Below are positions 39,829-48,337 of a DNA stretch of 64,000 bases, piece after piece. The stretch covers positions 8,712-72,711 of the forward strand of contig JAZLFN010000020.1 of the NCBI GenBank assembly GCA_045615805.1, in the 5' to 3' direction. How positions within the stretch are numbered: position 1 is the stretch's first letter; every line of letters begins with the position of its first letter. Both the position numbers and the translations under genes were made by a program. Source of the stretch: Clostridia bacterium (lineage in GTDB: Bacteria > Bacillota > Clostridia > Monoglobales > Monoglobaceae). The notes under the pieces are model-generated. The model ran no database searches. It was not told the DNA's origin and saw nothing but the letters and a program-made list of their open reading frames with translations.

Positions 39829-40521
39829 ATGAAGTATTCAAGCGAAGTAGAAAAGATGTGCCCTCTCGCAAAGGGAGCATATCACGGACCTGCTCCCATT
39901 CCTCAGGAAGGTAAATGGACGCAGGCAAAGGAAATCACAGACATTTCGGGACTTACCCACGGTGTTGGTTGGTGTGCACCTCAGCAGGGTGCTTGTAAGC
40001 TTACCCTTAATGTAAAGGACGGCGTTATTGAGGAGGCATTGGTTGAAACCTTGGGCTGCAGCGGTATGACTCATTCGGCTGCTATGGCGTCTGAAATCTT
40101 AATCGGAAAAACATTGTTGGAGGCTTTAAACACAGACCTTGTATGTGACGCAATCAACACAGCAATGAGAGAATTGTTCCTCCAGATTGTATACGGTCGT
40201 ACACAGACTGCATTTTCGGAAGACGGACTTCCTATCGGTGCAGGTCTTGAGGACTTGGGTAAAGGCTTAAGAAGTCAGGTTGGTACAACATACGCCACAA
40301 AGGCAAAGGGACCGAGATATCTGGAGCTTGCAGAAGGTTATATTACAGATGTTGCAGTTGACAAGGATAATCAGATTATCGGTTACAAGTTTGTTCACCT
40401 CGGCAAGATGATGGAAATGATTAAAAACGGAACAGATGCAAACGAGGCTTTGAAGAAGGCAAGCGGACAGTACGGCAGAGTTGATGATGCTGATAAGCTC
40501 ATTGACCCGAGATGCGAATAG
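39829..40521 (+). CDS. NifU/IscU-N-like Fe-S scaffold-type protein with an extra C-terminal domain
   Basis: Cys pattern GWCAP / GACKL / LGCSGMTHSAAMASEIL. AAAGGAG RBS. Confidence 0.7.
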   Translation: MKYSSEVEKMCPLAKGAYHGPAPIPQEGKWTQAKEITDISGLTHGVGWCAPQQGACKLTLNVKDGVIEEALVETLGCSGMTHSAAMASEILIGKTLLEALNTDLVCDAINTAMRELFLQIVYGRTQTAFSEDGLPIGAGLEDLGKGLRSQVGTTYATKAKGPRYLELAEGYITDVAVDKDNQIIGYKFVHLGKMMEMIKNGTDANEALKKASGQYGRVDDADKLIDPRCE

Positions 40522-40534
40522 GAGGTTATGTAAA

Positions 40535-41536
40535 ATGGCATTATTTGAAAGCTATGAAAGAAGAATTGACCAAATCAACGCAGAACTTTTAAAGCACGGC
40601 ATCTCATCTATTGAAGAGGCAAAAAAGATTTGCGATGATAAGGGAATAGACGTATACAAAATGGTAAAGGATATTCAGCCTATCTGTTTTGAAAATGCAT
40701 GCTGGGCATACATTGTAGGTGCGGCCATTGCAATCAAAGAAGGTTGTACGGTTGCGGCTGACGCAGCCGAAAAAATCGGTATCGGACTTCAGTCGTTTTG
40801 TATTCCGGGTTCAGTTGCGGATGACAGAAAGGTTGGCTTGGGACACGGCAATTTAGGTGCAAGACTTTTGCGTGAAGAAACAAAGTGCTTTGCATTCCTC
40901 GCAGGTCACGAATCATTTGCTGCCGCAGAAGGCGCAATCGGACTTGCTAAAAGTGCAAACAAGGCAAGGAAAGAAGATTTGCGTGTTATCTTAAACGGAC
41001 TCGGTAAGGATGCAGCGCAGATTATATCAAGAATAAACGGATTTACATATGTACAAACTCAGTTTGATTACTTTACCGGCGAAGTTAAGGTTGTAAAGGA
41101 AACCAAATATTCAGACGGTGAAAGGTCAAAGGTTCGTTGCTACGGTGCGGATGATGTTCGTGAAGGTGTTGCAATTATGCATTTAGAAGGAGTTGATGTA
41201 TCTATTACAGGTAACTCAACTAACCCCACACGCTTCCAGCACCCCGTTGCAGGCACATATAAAAAGGAATGTATCGAGCAGGGTAAAAAGTACTTCTCTG
41301 TTGCATCCGGCGGCGGTACGGGAAGAACACTTCATCCCGATAATATGGCAGCCGGTCCTGCTTCATATGGTATGACAGACACTATGGGTAGGATGCATTC
41401 TGATGCTCAGTTTGCAGGTTCTTCTTCCGTACCTGCTCATGTTGAAATGATGGGCTTAATCGGTGCGGGCAATAACCCTATGGTTGGTATGACAGTTGCG
41501 GTTGCAGTTGCAATCGAAGAAGCAATGAAAAAATAA
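40535..41536 (+). CDS. GGGtGRT-motif family protein (function unknown)
   Basis: Literal motif SGGGTGRTLHPDN. Start at ATG 40535, 8 nt after TAGGAGG. Confidence 0.8.
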   Translation: MALFESYERRIDQINAELLKHGISSIEEAKKICDDKGIDVYKMVKDIQPICFENACWAYIVGAAIAIKEGCTVAADAAEKIGIGLQSFCIPGSVADDRKVGLGHGNLGARLLREETKCFAFLAGHESFAAAEGAIGLAKSANKARKEDLRVILNGLGKDAAQIISRINGFTYVQTQFDYFTGEVKVVKETKYSDGERSKVRCYGADDVREGVAIMHLEGVDVSITGNSTNPTRFQHPVAGTYKKECIEQGKKYFSVASGGGTGRTLHPDNMAAGPASYGMTDTMGRMHSDAQFAGSSSVPAHVEMMGLIGAGNNPMVGMTVAVAVAIEEAMKK

Positions 41537-41539
41537 AAT

Positions 41540-41571
41540 AAAATGGACTTGTGTAAATACAAGTCCATTTT
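41540..41571 (+). terminator. AT-rich hairpin (possible partial terminator/processing site) between the GGGtGRT and PurF-like genes
   Basis: AAAATGGACTTGT-GTAAAT-ACAAGTCCATTTT (13-bp perfect stem), followed by ATATT. Confidence 0.45.
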
Positions 41572-41604
41572 ATATTCAGTTTTTAAGAAAGGCAGTGTTA
41601 ATTT

Positions 41605-43026
41605 ATGGGCGGATTTTTTGGAGTGGTAAGCAGAAGAAGTGCCATTTCCGACGTTTTTTTCGGCACGGATTATCATTCACATCTGGGAACAAGGAGAGCA
41701 GGAGTTGTATCTTTTAATGAAAAAGGTTTTCAAAGAGAAATTCACAGCATTGAAAATTCTCCCTTTCGTACCAAATTTGATAAGGTGTTTGAGGAATTGC
41801 ACGGAAATACAGCAGTGGGATGTATAACTGATTTTGATCCGCAGCCTCTTTTGATACGCTCTAATTTTGGAAATTACGCAATTTGTGTAATCGGTGTTAT
41901 AAATAATGCAGATGAGTTAGTAAATGAACAGCTTAAAAACGGATATAGTCAGTTTGGTGCAATGAGCGGCGGAAAGGTAAACAGAGTTGAGCTTGCTTCT
42001 GCAATCATCAATCAAAAGGATAATATTGAAGAGGGAATTAAAAATCTTCAAAATAAAATAGACGGTTCCGCTACCGTTATAATTATTACGGAAAAGGGTT
42101 CGTTGATTGTGGCAAGAGATAAGCTTGGACGCACTCCTGTTGTTGTGGGGAAAGATGCGGACGGATTTTGTGTTTCATTTGAGTCCTTTGCTTTTGAAAA
42201 GCTTGGTTATGAGCGTGAGTACGAGCTTGGACCTGCCGAAATTTGTGAAATAACATCGAATGGAATAACCCAACTTTCTCATCCGGGAGAGGAAATGAAA
42301 ATTTGTTCATTTTTATGGTCTTATTACGGATTTTCAACTTCGGAATATGAGGGCGTAAATGTGGAAGTGATGAGATACAGAAACGGTAAGATTATGGCAG
42401 AGAACGATAAAAAGTTAAAAAATGCAGAGGGAATAGATTATGTAGGAGGTGTTCCCGATTCGGGCACGCCCCATGCCATTGGTTATTCTCACGGCTGCCA
42501 AGCACCATTTGCAAGACCGTTTATCAAATATACTCCCACATGGGCAAGAAGCTTTATGCCTTCAAATCAGGATGTACGAAATAAGGTTGCAAAAATGAAG
42601 CAGATTCCCGTTTGTGAGTTGATAAAAGATAAGAAGCTCTTGCTTGTTGATGATTCAATTGTGAGAGGTACTCAGCTTAAAGAAACGGTTGATTTTCTCT
42701 ATAACAACGGTGCAAAAGAAGTTCATATGCGTTCTGCTTGTCCTCCCATTATGTACGGTTGTAAGTATCTTGATTTTTCGCGGTCAAGCTCTGAAATGGA
42801 GCTTATTTCAAGAAGGGTTATTGCCGAGCTTGAGGGCGAAGAGGGAGAAAAGCATATGGACGAATATGCTGACGGAGCGACGGAGAGAGGAAAGGCATTA
42901 AGAAAAGCCATTTGCGAAAAGTTTAATTTTGCTTCTCTTGAATTCCAAAGCCTTGACGGAATGGTAGAGGCTATAGGACTTCCGAAGTGTAAGCTTTGTA
43001 CATATTGCTGGAACGGAAAAGAATGA
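41605..43026 (+). CDS. Amidophosphoribosyltransferase-like protein lacking the N-terminal Cys nucleophile
   Basis: N-terminus MGGFFGVV (PurF has MCG...). PRPP loop LLLVDDSIVRGTQ, CPPIMYGCKY, and terminal CKLCTYCW. Confidence 0.8.
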   Translation: MGGFFGVVSRRSAISDVFFGTDYHSHLGTRRAGVVSFNEKGFQREIHSIENSPFRTKFDKVFEELHGNTAVGCITDFDPQPLLIRSNFGNYAICVIGVINNADELVNEQLKNGYSQFGAMSGGKVNRVELASAIINQKDNIEEGIKNLQNKIDGSATVIIITEKGSLIVARDKLGRTPVVVGKDADGFCVSFESFAFEKLGYEREYELGPAEICEITSNGITQLSHPGEEMKICSFLWSYYGFSTSEYEGVNVEVMRYRNGKIMAENDKKLKNAEGIDYVGGVPDSGTPHAIGYSHGCQAPFARPFIKYTPTWARSFMPSNQDVRNKVAKMKQIPVCELIKDKKLLLVDDSIVRGTQLKETVDFLYNNGAKEVHMRSACPPIMYGCKYLDFSRSSSEMELISRRVIAELEGEEGEKHMDEYADGATERGKALRKAICEKFNFASLEFQSLDGMVEAIGLPKCKLCTYCWNGKE

Positions 43027-43028
43027 TT

Positions 43029-43056
43029 AAAAGCGGTTGCTCCGGCAGCCGCTTTT
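43029..43056 (+). terminator. Rho-independent terminator
   Basis: AAGCGGTTGC-TCCG-GCAGCCGCTT (one G-U), followed by TTTT. Confidence 0.85.
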
Positions 43057-43063
43057 CAAATGA

Positions 43064-43084
43064 AAAATGGAAAATGGAAAATGG
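43064..43084. repeat. Tandem heptamer AAAATGG x3 (plus a degenerate fourth unit to about 43094)
   Basis: Read directly: AAAATGGAAAATGGAAAATGGAAAATTATGG. Confidence 0.9.
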
Positions 43085-43094
43085 AAAATTATGG

Positions 43095-43325
43095 TTCAAA
43101 TTCGCCGTGGCGTAGCCTCCTCTTATTTATTAAGGGGAGGGGCGATGGTTCCCGGTGGCACTTGGCTCCCCTGTGTAAGGGGAGCTGTCACGGAGTGGCT
43201 GAAGGGTTGTCATGCCGTTTCCGCAATTTTCGGACGGGCTCAGCAAGCGGAGCCCCTACGACGAACCACGCGGAACATCCGGTAGGGGCGCCCCTTGGGA
43301 CGCCTATTAGATGCACGGTGCAAAA
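43095..43325. other. GC-rich cluster of hairpins (candidate structured ncRNA or REP-like intergenic element)
   Basis: 134 of 220 nt are G+C over 43101-43320 by hand count. Stems at 43116-43140, 43164-43186, 43215-43237, 43236-43255 and 43252-43289. Lies between convergent genes. Confidence 0.5.
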
Positions 43326-43326
43326 G

Positions 43327-44145
43327 CTAATAATTTTTTCTCATTTGTGACGGAGATATTTTAAACCGTGATTTAAAAGCTCTTGAAAATACAGGAAATG
43401 AGCCGAAGCCTGCGTTAAATGCAATTTGGGTTATCGGAATGGTGGTTGAAATAATCAGGTTTTTAGCATAGTCAAGGCGTACATTATTTATATATTCATT
43501 TATATGAATTCCAAAAGTTTTATAAAAAATTGTACTGAAATAGTTTTTGCTTAAACCTGCCTCGTCGGCAAGCTCTTTAAGGCTGACAGGCTCGCGGAAT
43601 TTTCGGTTAATGTACAATAGACTTCTGTAAATCGGCTTTGTGCCTGATGAAACAGGGGTTGTTATATTAAGGGTTCGTATCATGGAAATCATAATACATT
43701 CGCACAGATTTTTTATAAAGGACTGATAGCTTGTTTGCTTTTTTTGGTATTCATCTGTTAAAAGGTCAAAAAGAGAAAAAGTTTTTTCGTAGTTTTGCGG
43801 AGATAATCTGTAAGCAATGTGTGTATCGGCGGAAACAAGACGGTATAATATTTCGGGATTAACCGTCTGTTCGCTGAATTTTATGTTTATAAGCTCAAGA
43901 GGTTCTTTAATTTCCAAAAGATGAAAATTGTAAGGAAACATAAGATATATGTCGCCTTTTGATATTTCATAGGATTTACCGTTTATAGTATGTATTGCTT
44001 TTCCCGATAAAATAAGCTCCATTTCATAATAGTCATGGGTGTGCATGGGAGTGTCACTTCCGCAAGTTCTGCGTACAGCTTCTATAAAATTTTTATCCTC
44101 AAGCATAAACTTTTTTTCTGTAGTGTTTATCTTATTTGCTTTCAT
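43327..44145 (-). CDS. AraC family transcriptional regulator (cupin sensor + HTH)
   Basis: Cupin segment HTHDYYEMELILSG and C-terminal AraC HTH GFGSFPVFSRAFKSRFKISPSQMR. Start is ambiguous (44145 or 44157). Confidence 0.85.
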   Translation of the reverse strand: MKANKINTTEKKFMLEDKNFIEAVRRTCGSDTPMHTHDYYEMELILSGKAIHTINGKSYEISKGDIYLMFPYNFHLLEIKEPLELINIKFSEQTVNPEILYRLVSADTHIAYRLSPQNYEKTFSLFDLLTDEYQKKQTSYQSFIKNLCECIMISMIRTLNITTPVSSGTKPIYRSLLYINRKFREPVSLKELADEAGLSKNYFSTIFYKTFGIHINEYINNVRLDYAKNLIISTTIPITQIAFNAGFGSFPVFSRAFKSRFKISPSQMRKNY

Positions 44146-44316
44146 AAAATATATCATCTCCCCTTGTATTATAAAATGTTTATAAAATAATGTCAATGAA
44201 TTTTTGTTCAAAATTTATAAAAAATCGTAATATTTGCAATGTTTTTGTTTTTTATGATATTGTTATTGTGTTTAATATGTGTAAAATAAAGGTAGAGAGA
44301 AAAAGGGGGAGTTTTG

Positions 44317-46716
44317 ATGAATAAAATACATCTTATAGGAAATGCTCACTTGGACCCTGTTTGGCTGTGGCAATGGACAGAAGGATACACAGAGGTAAAA
44401 GCGACATTTAAAAGTGCTCTTGACAGAATGAATGAATTTGATGATTTTAAATTTACATCTGCGGCTTCCGTATATTATATGTGGATAGAGGAAAGTGACC
44501 CAGAAATGTTTTCGGATATTCAACGCCGAGTAAAAGAAGGCAGATGGTGTATCTCAGGCGGTCAGCTTATTCAGCCCGATTGCAATTTGCCGTCGGGAGA
44601 GTCTTTTGCAAGGCATGCTTTGATTTCCCAAAGATATTTTTACGAAAAATTCGGAGTTATCGCACATACGGGATATAATGTTGACTCATTCGGTCATAAC
44701 GCAAGTATGCCAAAGCTTCTTAAAAACAGCGGAATGAATAACTATGTATTTATGCGCCCCATGCCTCACGAAAAGGATTTGCCTTCTTATTTGTTTGATT
44801 GGGTAAGCTATGACGGAAGCTCGGTTAAAACATACAGAATTCCCGAATTTTACAATATTGATATGTCAAGGCTTGAGGTCTTTTCAAATATTGAAAAGCT
44901 ATCTTGCGATATTCCCATGATGGCGTTTTACGGTGTCGGAAACCACGGAGGAGGGGCAACTGTAGAGCTTCTTGATAAAATGCACAAAACATTATCGGAT
45001 AGCTTTATATATTCAACTCCCGATGAATATTTTGAAGATGTAAAGAACATTGATGTTCCCACAGTATATAACGATGATTTGCAATTCCATGCAAAGGGAT
45101 GTTACAGTGCGTTAAGTGAGCTTAAGACAAATAACCGTAAAGCGGAAAATATGCTTATGAGAGCTGAAAATTATTCCGTTCTTTCCAATTATCTTATGGA
45201 AACGCCTTACAAAAAAGAAGATATGCGTAAAGCGTGGATCGATGTTTTGTTCAATCAGTTTCACGATATACTCGGCGGTTGTTGCATAAGAGAGGCATAT
45301 GAGGACGCCGAATATTATCACCATGAAGCAATGGCGATAGCCGACAGAAATATTAACTTTGATTTGACGCAGATTTCGTGGAATATAGATACGATGAACG
45401 GAAAGGAAATAAAGCCATATAAGCAAAGCGTTCCGCCTGTTCCCTCATGGCACAGTGCCGAGGATATTGGAACTCCTGTAGTTGTGTTTAATTCCTTGCC
45501 CTTTGCCATATCTAAAACCGTTTTTGTTCGTGATACGGCAAAATACATAACGGATGAAAAAGGGAATGTTGTGCCTTATCAGCTTGTGCGTGATTCAAAA
45601 ACGAATGTTGATGATAAATTTAAGCTTGCTTTTACAGCTGATGTTCCTGCTTTGGGATACTCCGTATACAGAATGTATTTTTATAACGAGAAAGAGGCGA
45701 ACAATACAGACTTAAAGGCTTATGACAATGTTCTTGAAAACAGCGTTATAAACGTTACATTCAACAAAGAAAAGGGAGAGCTTTCATCTTTATTTGATAA
45801 AAGACAGGGAGCGGCGATAATAAATAAAGATTGCTTTACGGTTCTTATGGATGAAACCCATTGCGACACATGGGCACATGATATTGCTGAATTTAAAAAT
45901 TTATATGCAATGTGCAAAAAAGGAAGCGTAAAAGTAATAGAAGAAGGTCCGGTCAGGGCAACGATAAGATGTATTCAGGAATTTGAGAACACAAAAATTA
46001 TTCGTGATTATTCGATTACGCCCGAAAGCGATGAAGTTACGGTTAATACTTTTATTGATTTCAGAGAGAAGCATAAAATGCTTAAATTTTCTATTCCCGT
46101 AAATACAAGAGAGCCCAAAGCTTTTTGTGAAATACCCTACGGATTTATTGAAAAACCCATAGACGGAAAAGAACAAGCTTCTCAGGAATGGATAGCTCTT
46201 ACGGGAGATAAATCGGGAATAGGCGTTGCAACTACTTCGCAATACAGCTTTGATGCAGAGGATAACATACTTTCCCTTACAGTATTAAGAGGTGCGATAT
46301 ATGCTGACCATTTCGGAAACAGAGATGAGTTTTGTGAGTACACCGAGCAGGGAGAGCATAGGTTTAAATATTCAATTTTCCCATATACAAAACCTGCGGA
46401 TGCGGTAAAGCGGAGTATGATTTTGAACAATGAGCCTACAGCCGTAATTGAAACATTCCACAAGGGAAAGCTTGGTACAAGCTTTAAAGGAATAAATGTT
46501 TCAGAAAGCAATATAATTGTCACCGCCATTAAGCCGGCAGAGGATGGAAACGGAATTGTTTTAAGGTGCTTTGAAGCAGATAATAAAGATACTAATGTTT
46601 CCGTAAAGCTTTTTGAGAAAGAGTTTTCGGCAAGCTTTAAGGGTGGAGAAGTAAAAACATTTTTGATAAATGAAGACGGTGTTTTTGAAACATCATTTAT
46701 GGAATGGAAAAAATAA
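44317..46716 (+). CDS. Glycoside hydrolase family 38 alpha-mannosidase (cytoplasmic)
   Basis: N-terminus IGNAHLDPVWLW, then GVGNHGGG. Length 799 aa, no signal peptide. Confidence 0.85.
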   Translation: MNKIHLIGNAHLDPVWLWQWTEGYTEVKATFKSALDRMNEFDDFKFTSAASVYYMWIEESDPEMFSDIQRRVKEGRWCISGGQLIQPDCNLPSGESFARHALISQRYFYEKFGVIAHTGYNVDSFGHNASMPKLLKNSGMNNYVFMRPMPHEKDLPSYLFDWVSYDGSSVKTYRIPEFYNIDMSRLEVFSNIEKLSCDIPMMAFYGVGNHGGGATVELLDKMHKTLSDSFIYSTPDEYFEDVKNIDVPTVYNDDLQFHAKGCYSALSELKTNNRKAENMLMRAENYSVLSNYLMETPYKKEDMRKAWIDVLFNQFHDILGGCCIREAYEDAEYYHHEAMAIADRNINFDLTQISWNIDTMNGKEIKPYKQSVPPVPSWHSAEDIGTPVVVFNSLPFAISKTVFVRDTAKYITDEKGNVVPYQLVRDSKTNVDDKFKLAFTADVPALGYSVYRMYFYNEKEANNTDLKAYDNVLENSVINVTFNKEKGELSSLFDKRQGAAIINKDCFTVLMDETHCDTWAHDIAEFKNLYAMCKKGSVKVIEEGPVRATIRCIQEFENTKIIRDYSITPESDEVTVNTFIDFREKHKMLKFSIPVNTREPKAFCEIPYGFIEKPIDGKEQASQEWIALTGDKSGIGVATTSQYSFDAEDNILSLTVLRGAIYADHFGNRDEFCEYTEQGEHRFKYSIFPYTKPADAVKRSMILNNEPTAVIETFHKGKLGTSFKGINVSESNIIVTAIKPAEDGNGIVLRCFEADNKDTNVSVKLFEKEFSASFKGGEVKTFLINEDGVFETSFMEWKK

Positions 46717-46731
46717 GAGGAGGCAAAAAAT

Positions 46732-47679
46732 ATGAAGTGCATAGGCTTTGACATAGGCGGAACAAAGTGTGCGGTTTGCGTTGGCGAAATAAGCGAGGAC
46801 AGCGTTAAGATTATTGATAAAAAGATAATTAAGACAGAAAAAGGGGCAGACCCATACAGAATAATAGAGCAAATGTGTGAAATAGCCGAAGAATTGACGG
46901 ATGATTTTTCAAGAGTAGGAATAAGCTGCGGCGGTCCTCTTGATTCAAAAAACGGGATAATTAAGTCGCCGCCCAATCTCATAGGCTGGGATAACATTAA
47001 AATAGTTGATTACATTAAAAACAGATGGGGAGGAAGCGTAAAGCTTCAGAATGATGCAAACGCCTGTGCTGTTGCCGAATGGAAATTCGGAGCGGGGAGA
47101 GGTTGTGAGAATATGATATTCTTAACCTTTGGAACCGGTTTCGGAGCAGGACTGATTTTGAACGGAAGATTGTACAGCGGAACAAGTGATATGGCAGGAG
47201 AGGTAGGTCATATTAAAATTTCCGAAAGAGGTCCCGTTGCCTATGGCAGGCAAGGAACCTGTGAGGGCTTCTGCTCCGGCGGTGGCTTGGCACAGCTTGG
47301 GAGAACAAAAGCTCTTGAGCTTTTGCAGGTTGGAAAAACTGCATCTTTTTGCAAATCCTTATATGAGCTTGATTTAATAAATGCAAAGGATATTGCCGAT
47401 TGTGCAAACCAAGGCTTTTCCGATGCAATTGAGGTGTATGAGGAGTCTGCTCGAAAGCTTGGTTACACGTTGTCGATTTTGATTGATTTGTTTAATCCCG
47501 AAAAAATCGTAATAGGCAGTATTTTTCAAAGAGCAGAAAATTTGATAAGACCGGAAATGGAAAAAGTAATCGAAGAAGAAAGCTTGATTTATGCAAGAGA
47601 GGTATGCAAGGTTGTGCCTGCCGAGCTGAAAGAAAATTTAGGTGATTATGCGGCACTTGCGATTGCTGCAATGGAATAA
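46732..47679 (+). CDS. ROK family sugar kinase
   Basis: FDIGGTK, DANACAVAE and GEVGHI motifs. The usual CxCGxxGC zinc motif is replaced by AYGRQGTCEGFC. Confidence 0.82.
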   Translation: MKCIGFDIGGTKCAVCVGEISEDSVKIIDKKIIKTEKGADPYRIIEQMCEIAEELTDDFSRVGISCGGPLDSKNGIIKSPPNLIGWDNIKIVDYIKNRWGGSVKLQNDANACAVAEWKFGAGRGCENMIFLTFGTGFGAGLILNGRLYSGTSDMAGEVGHIKISERGPVAYGRQGTCEGFCSGGGLAQLGRTKALELLQVGKTASFCKSLYELDLINAKDIADCANQGFSDAIEVYEESARKLGYTLSILIDLFNPEKIVIGSIFQRAENLIRPEMEKVIEEESLIYAREVCKVVPAELKENLGDYAALAIAAME

Positions 47680-47698
47680 TTTGATAGGAGGAAATAAG

Positions 47699-48325
47699 AT
47701 GATAAACGAGTTAATAAACAGATATCCAAAGCTTGAACCCATATGCGATAATATAAAATACGCCATTGATTTAATGGAAGAAACATATAAACAAGGCGGC
47801 AAAATTATGGTATGCGGAAATGGAGGAAGTTGTTCGGACAGCGACCACATTGTAGGAGAGCTTATGAAAGGTTTCTTATCCTTAAGACCTCTTGAAGATT
47901 GTGAAAAAGATATGTTTAACGGTATTTGTGAAAATCCCGAGTTGTTTACAAAAAATCTTCAAAGAGCAATTCCTGCAATATCCATACCGGCACAGGCGGC
48001 TGTACTTTCGGCTTTTTGTAACGATGTTGAACCCGAGCTTATGTATGCCCAGCTTGTTTTCGGATACGGAACGGACAAGGATTTGCTTATATGCCTTTCA
48101 ACTTCGGGAAATTCAAAAAATGTTGTAAATGCCGCTGTTGCCGCAAAAGCAAAAGATATGAAAACAGTCGGAATGACTGGAATGAAGGAAAGCAAGCTTT
48201 CGGAGATATGCGACTGCATAATTAAAGCTCCCGAAACTGAAACATATAAGGTTCAGGAATATCATTTGCCTATATATCATGTTTTGTGCGCAGAGCTTGA
48301 AAAAAGACTTTTTGAAGAAAAGTAA
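47699..48325 (+). CDS. SIS domain protein, GmhA (phosphoheptose isomerase)-like
   Basis: Motifs CGNGGSCSDSDH and LSTSGNSKNV. TAGGAGG RBS before ATG 47699. Confidence 0.8.
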   Translation: MINELINRYPKLEPICDNIKYAIDLMEETYKQGGKIMVCGNGGSCSDSDHIVGELMKGFLSLRPLEDCEKDMFNGICENPELFTKNLQRAIPAISIPAQAAVLSAFCNDVEPELMYAQLVFGYGTDKDLLICLSTSGNSKNVVNAAVAAKAKDMKTVGMTGMKESKLSEICDCIIKAPETETYKVQEYHLPIYHVLCAELEKRLFEEK

Positions 48326-48337
48326 GGGGATGACAAT

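Noticed and set aside
43060-43350. 96-aa and 72-aa ORFs (MKNGKWKMENYG..., MENGKWKIMVQ...) in the GC-rich element
   Set aside because: They overlap in two frames, start in the heptamer repeat and have no RBS. Their sequences are what G-C hairpins give on translation (runs of G, R, P, A, W). They lie between a terminator and a convergent stop. Treated as a non-coding element.
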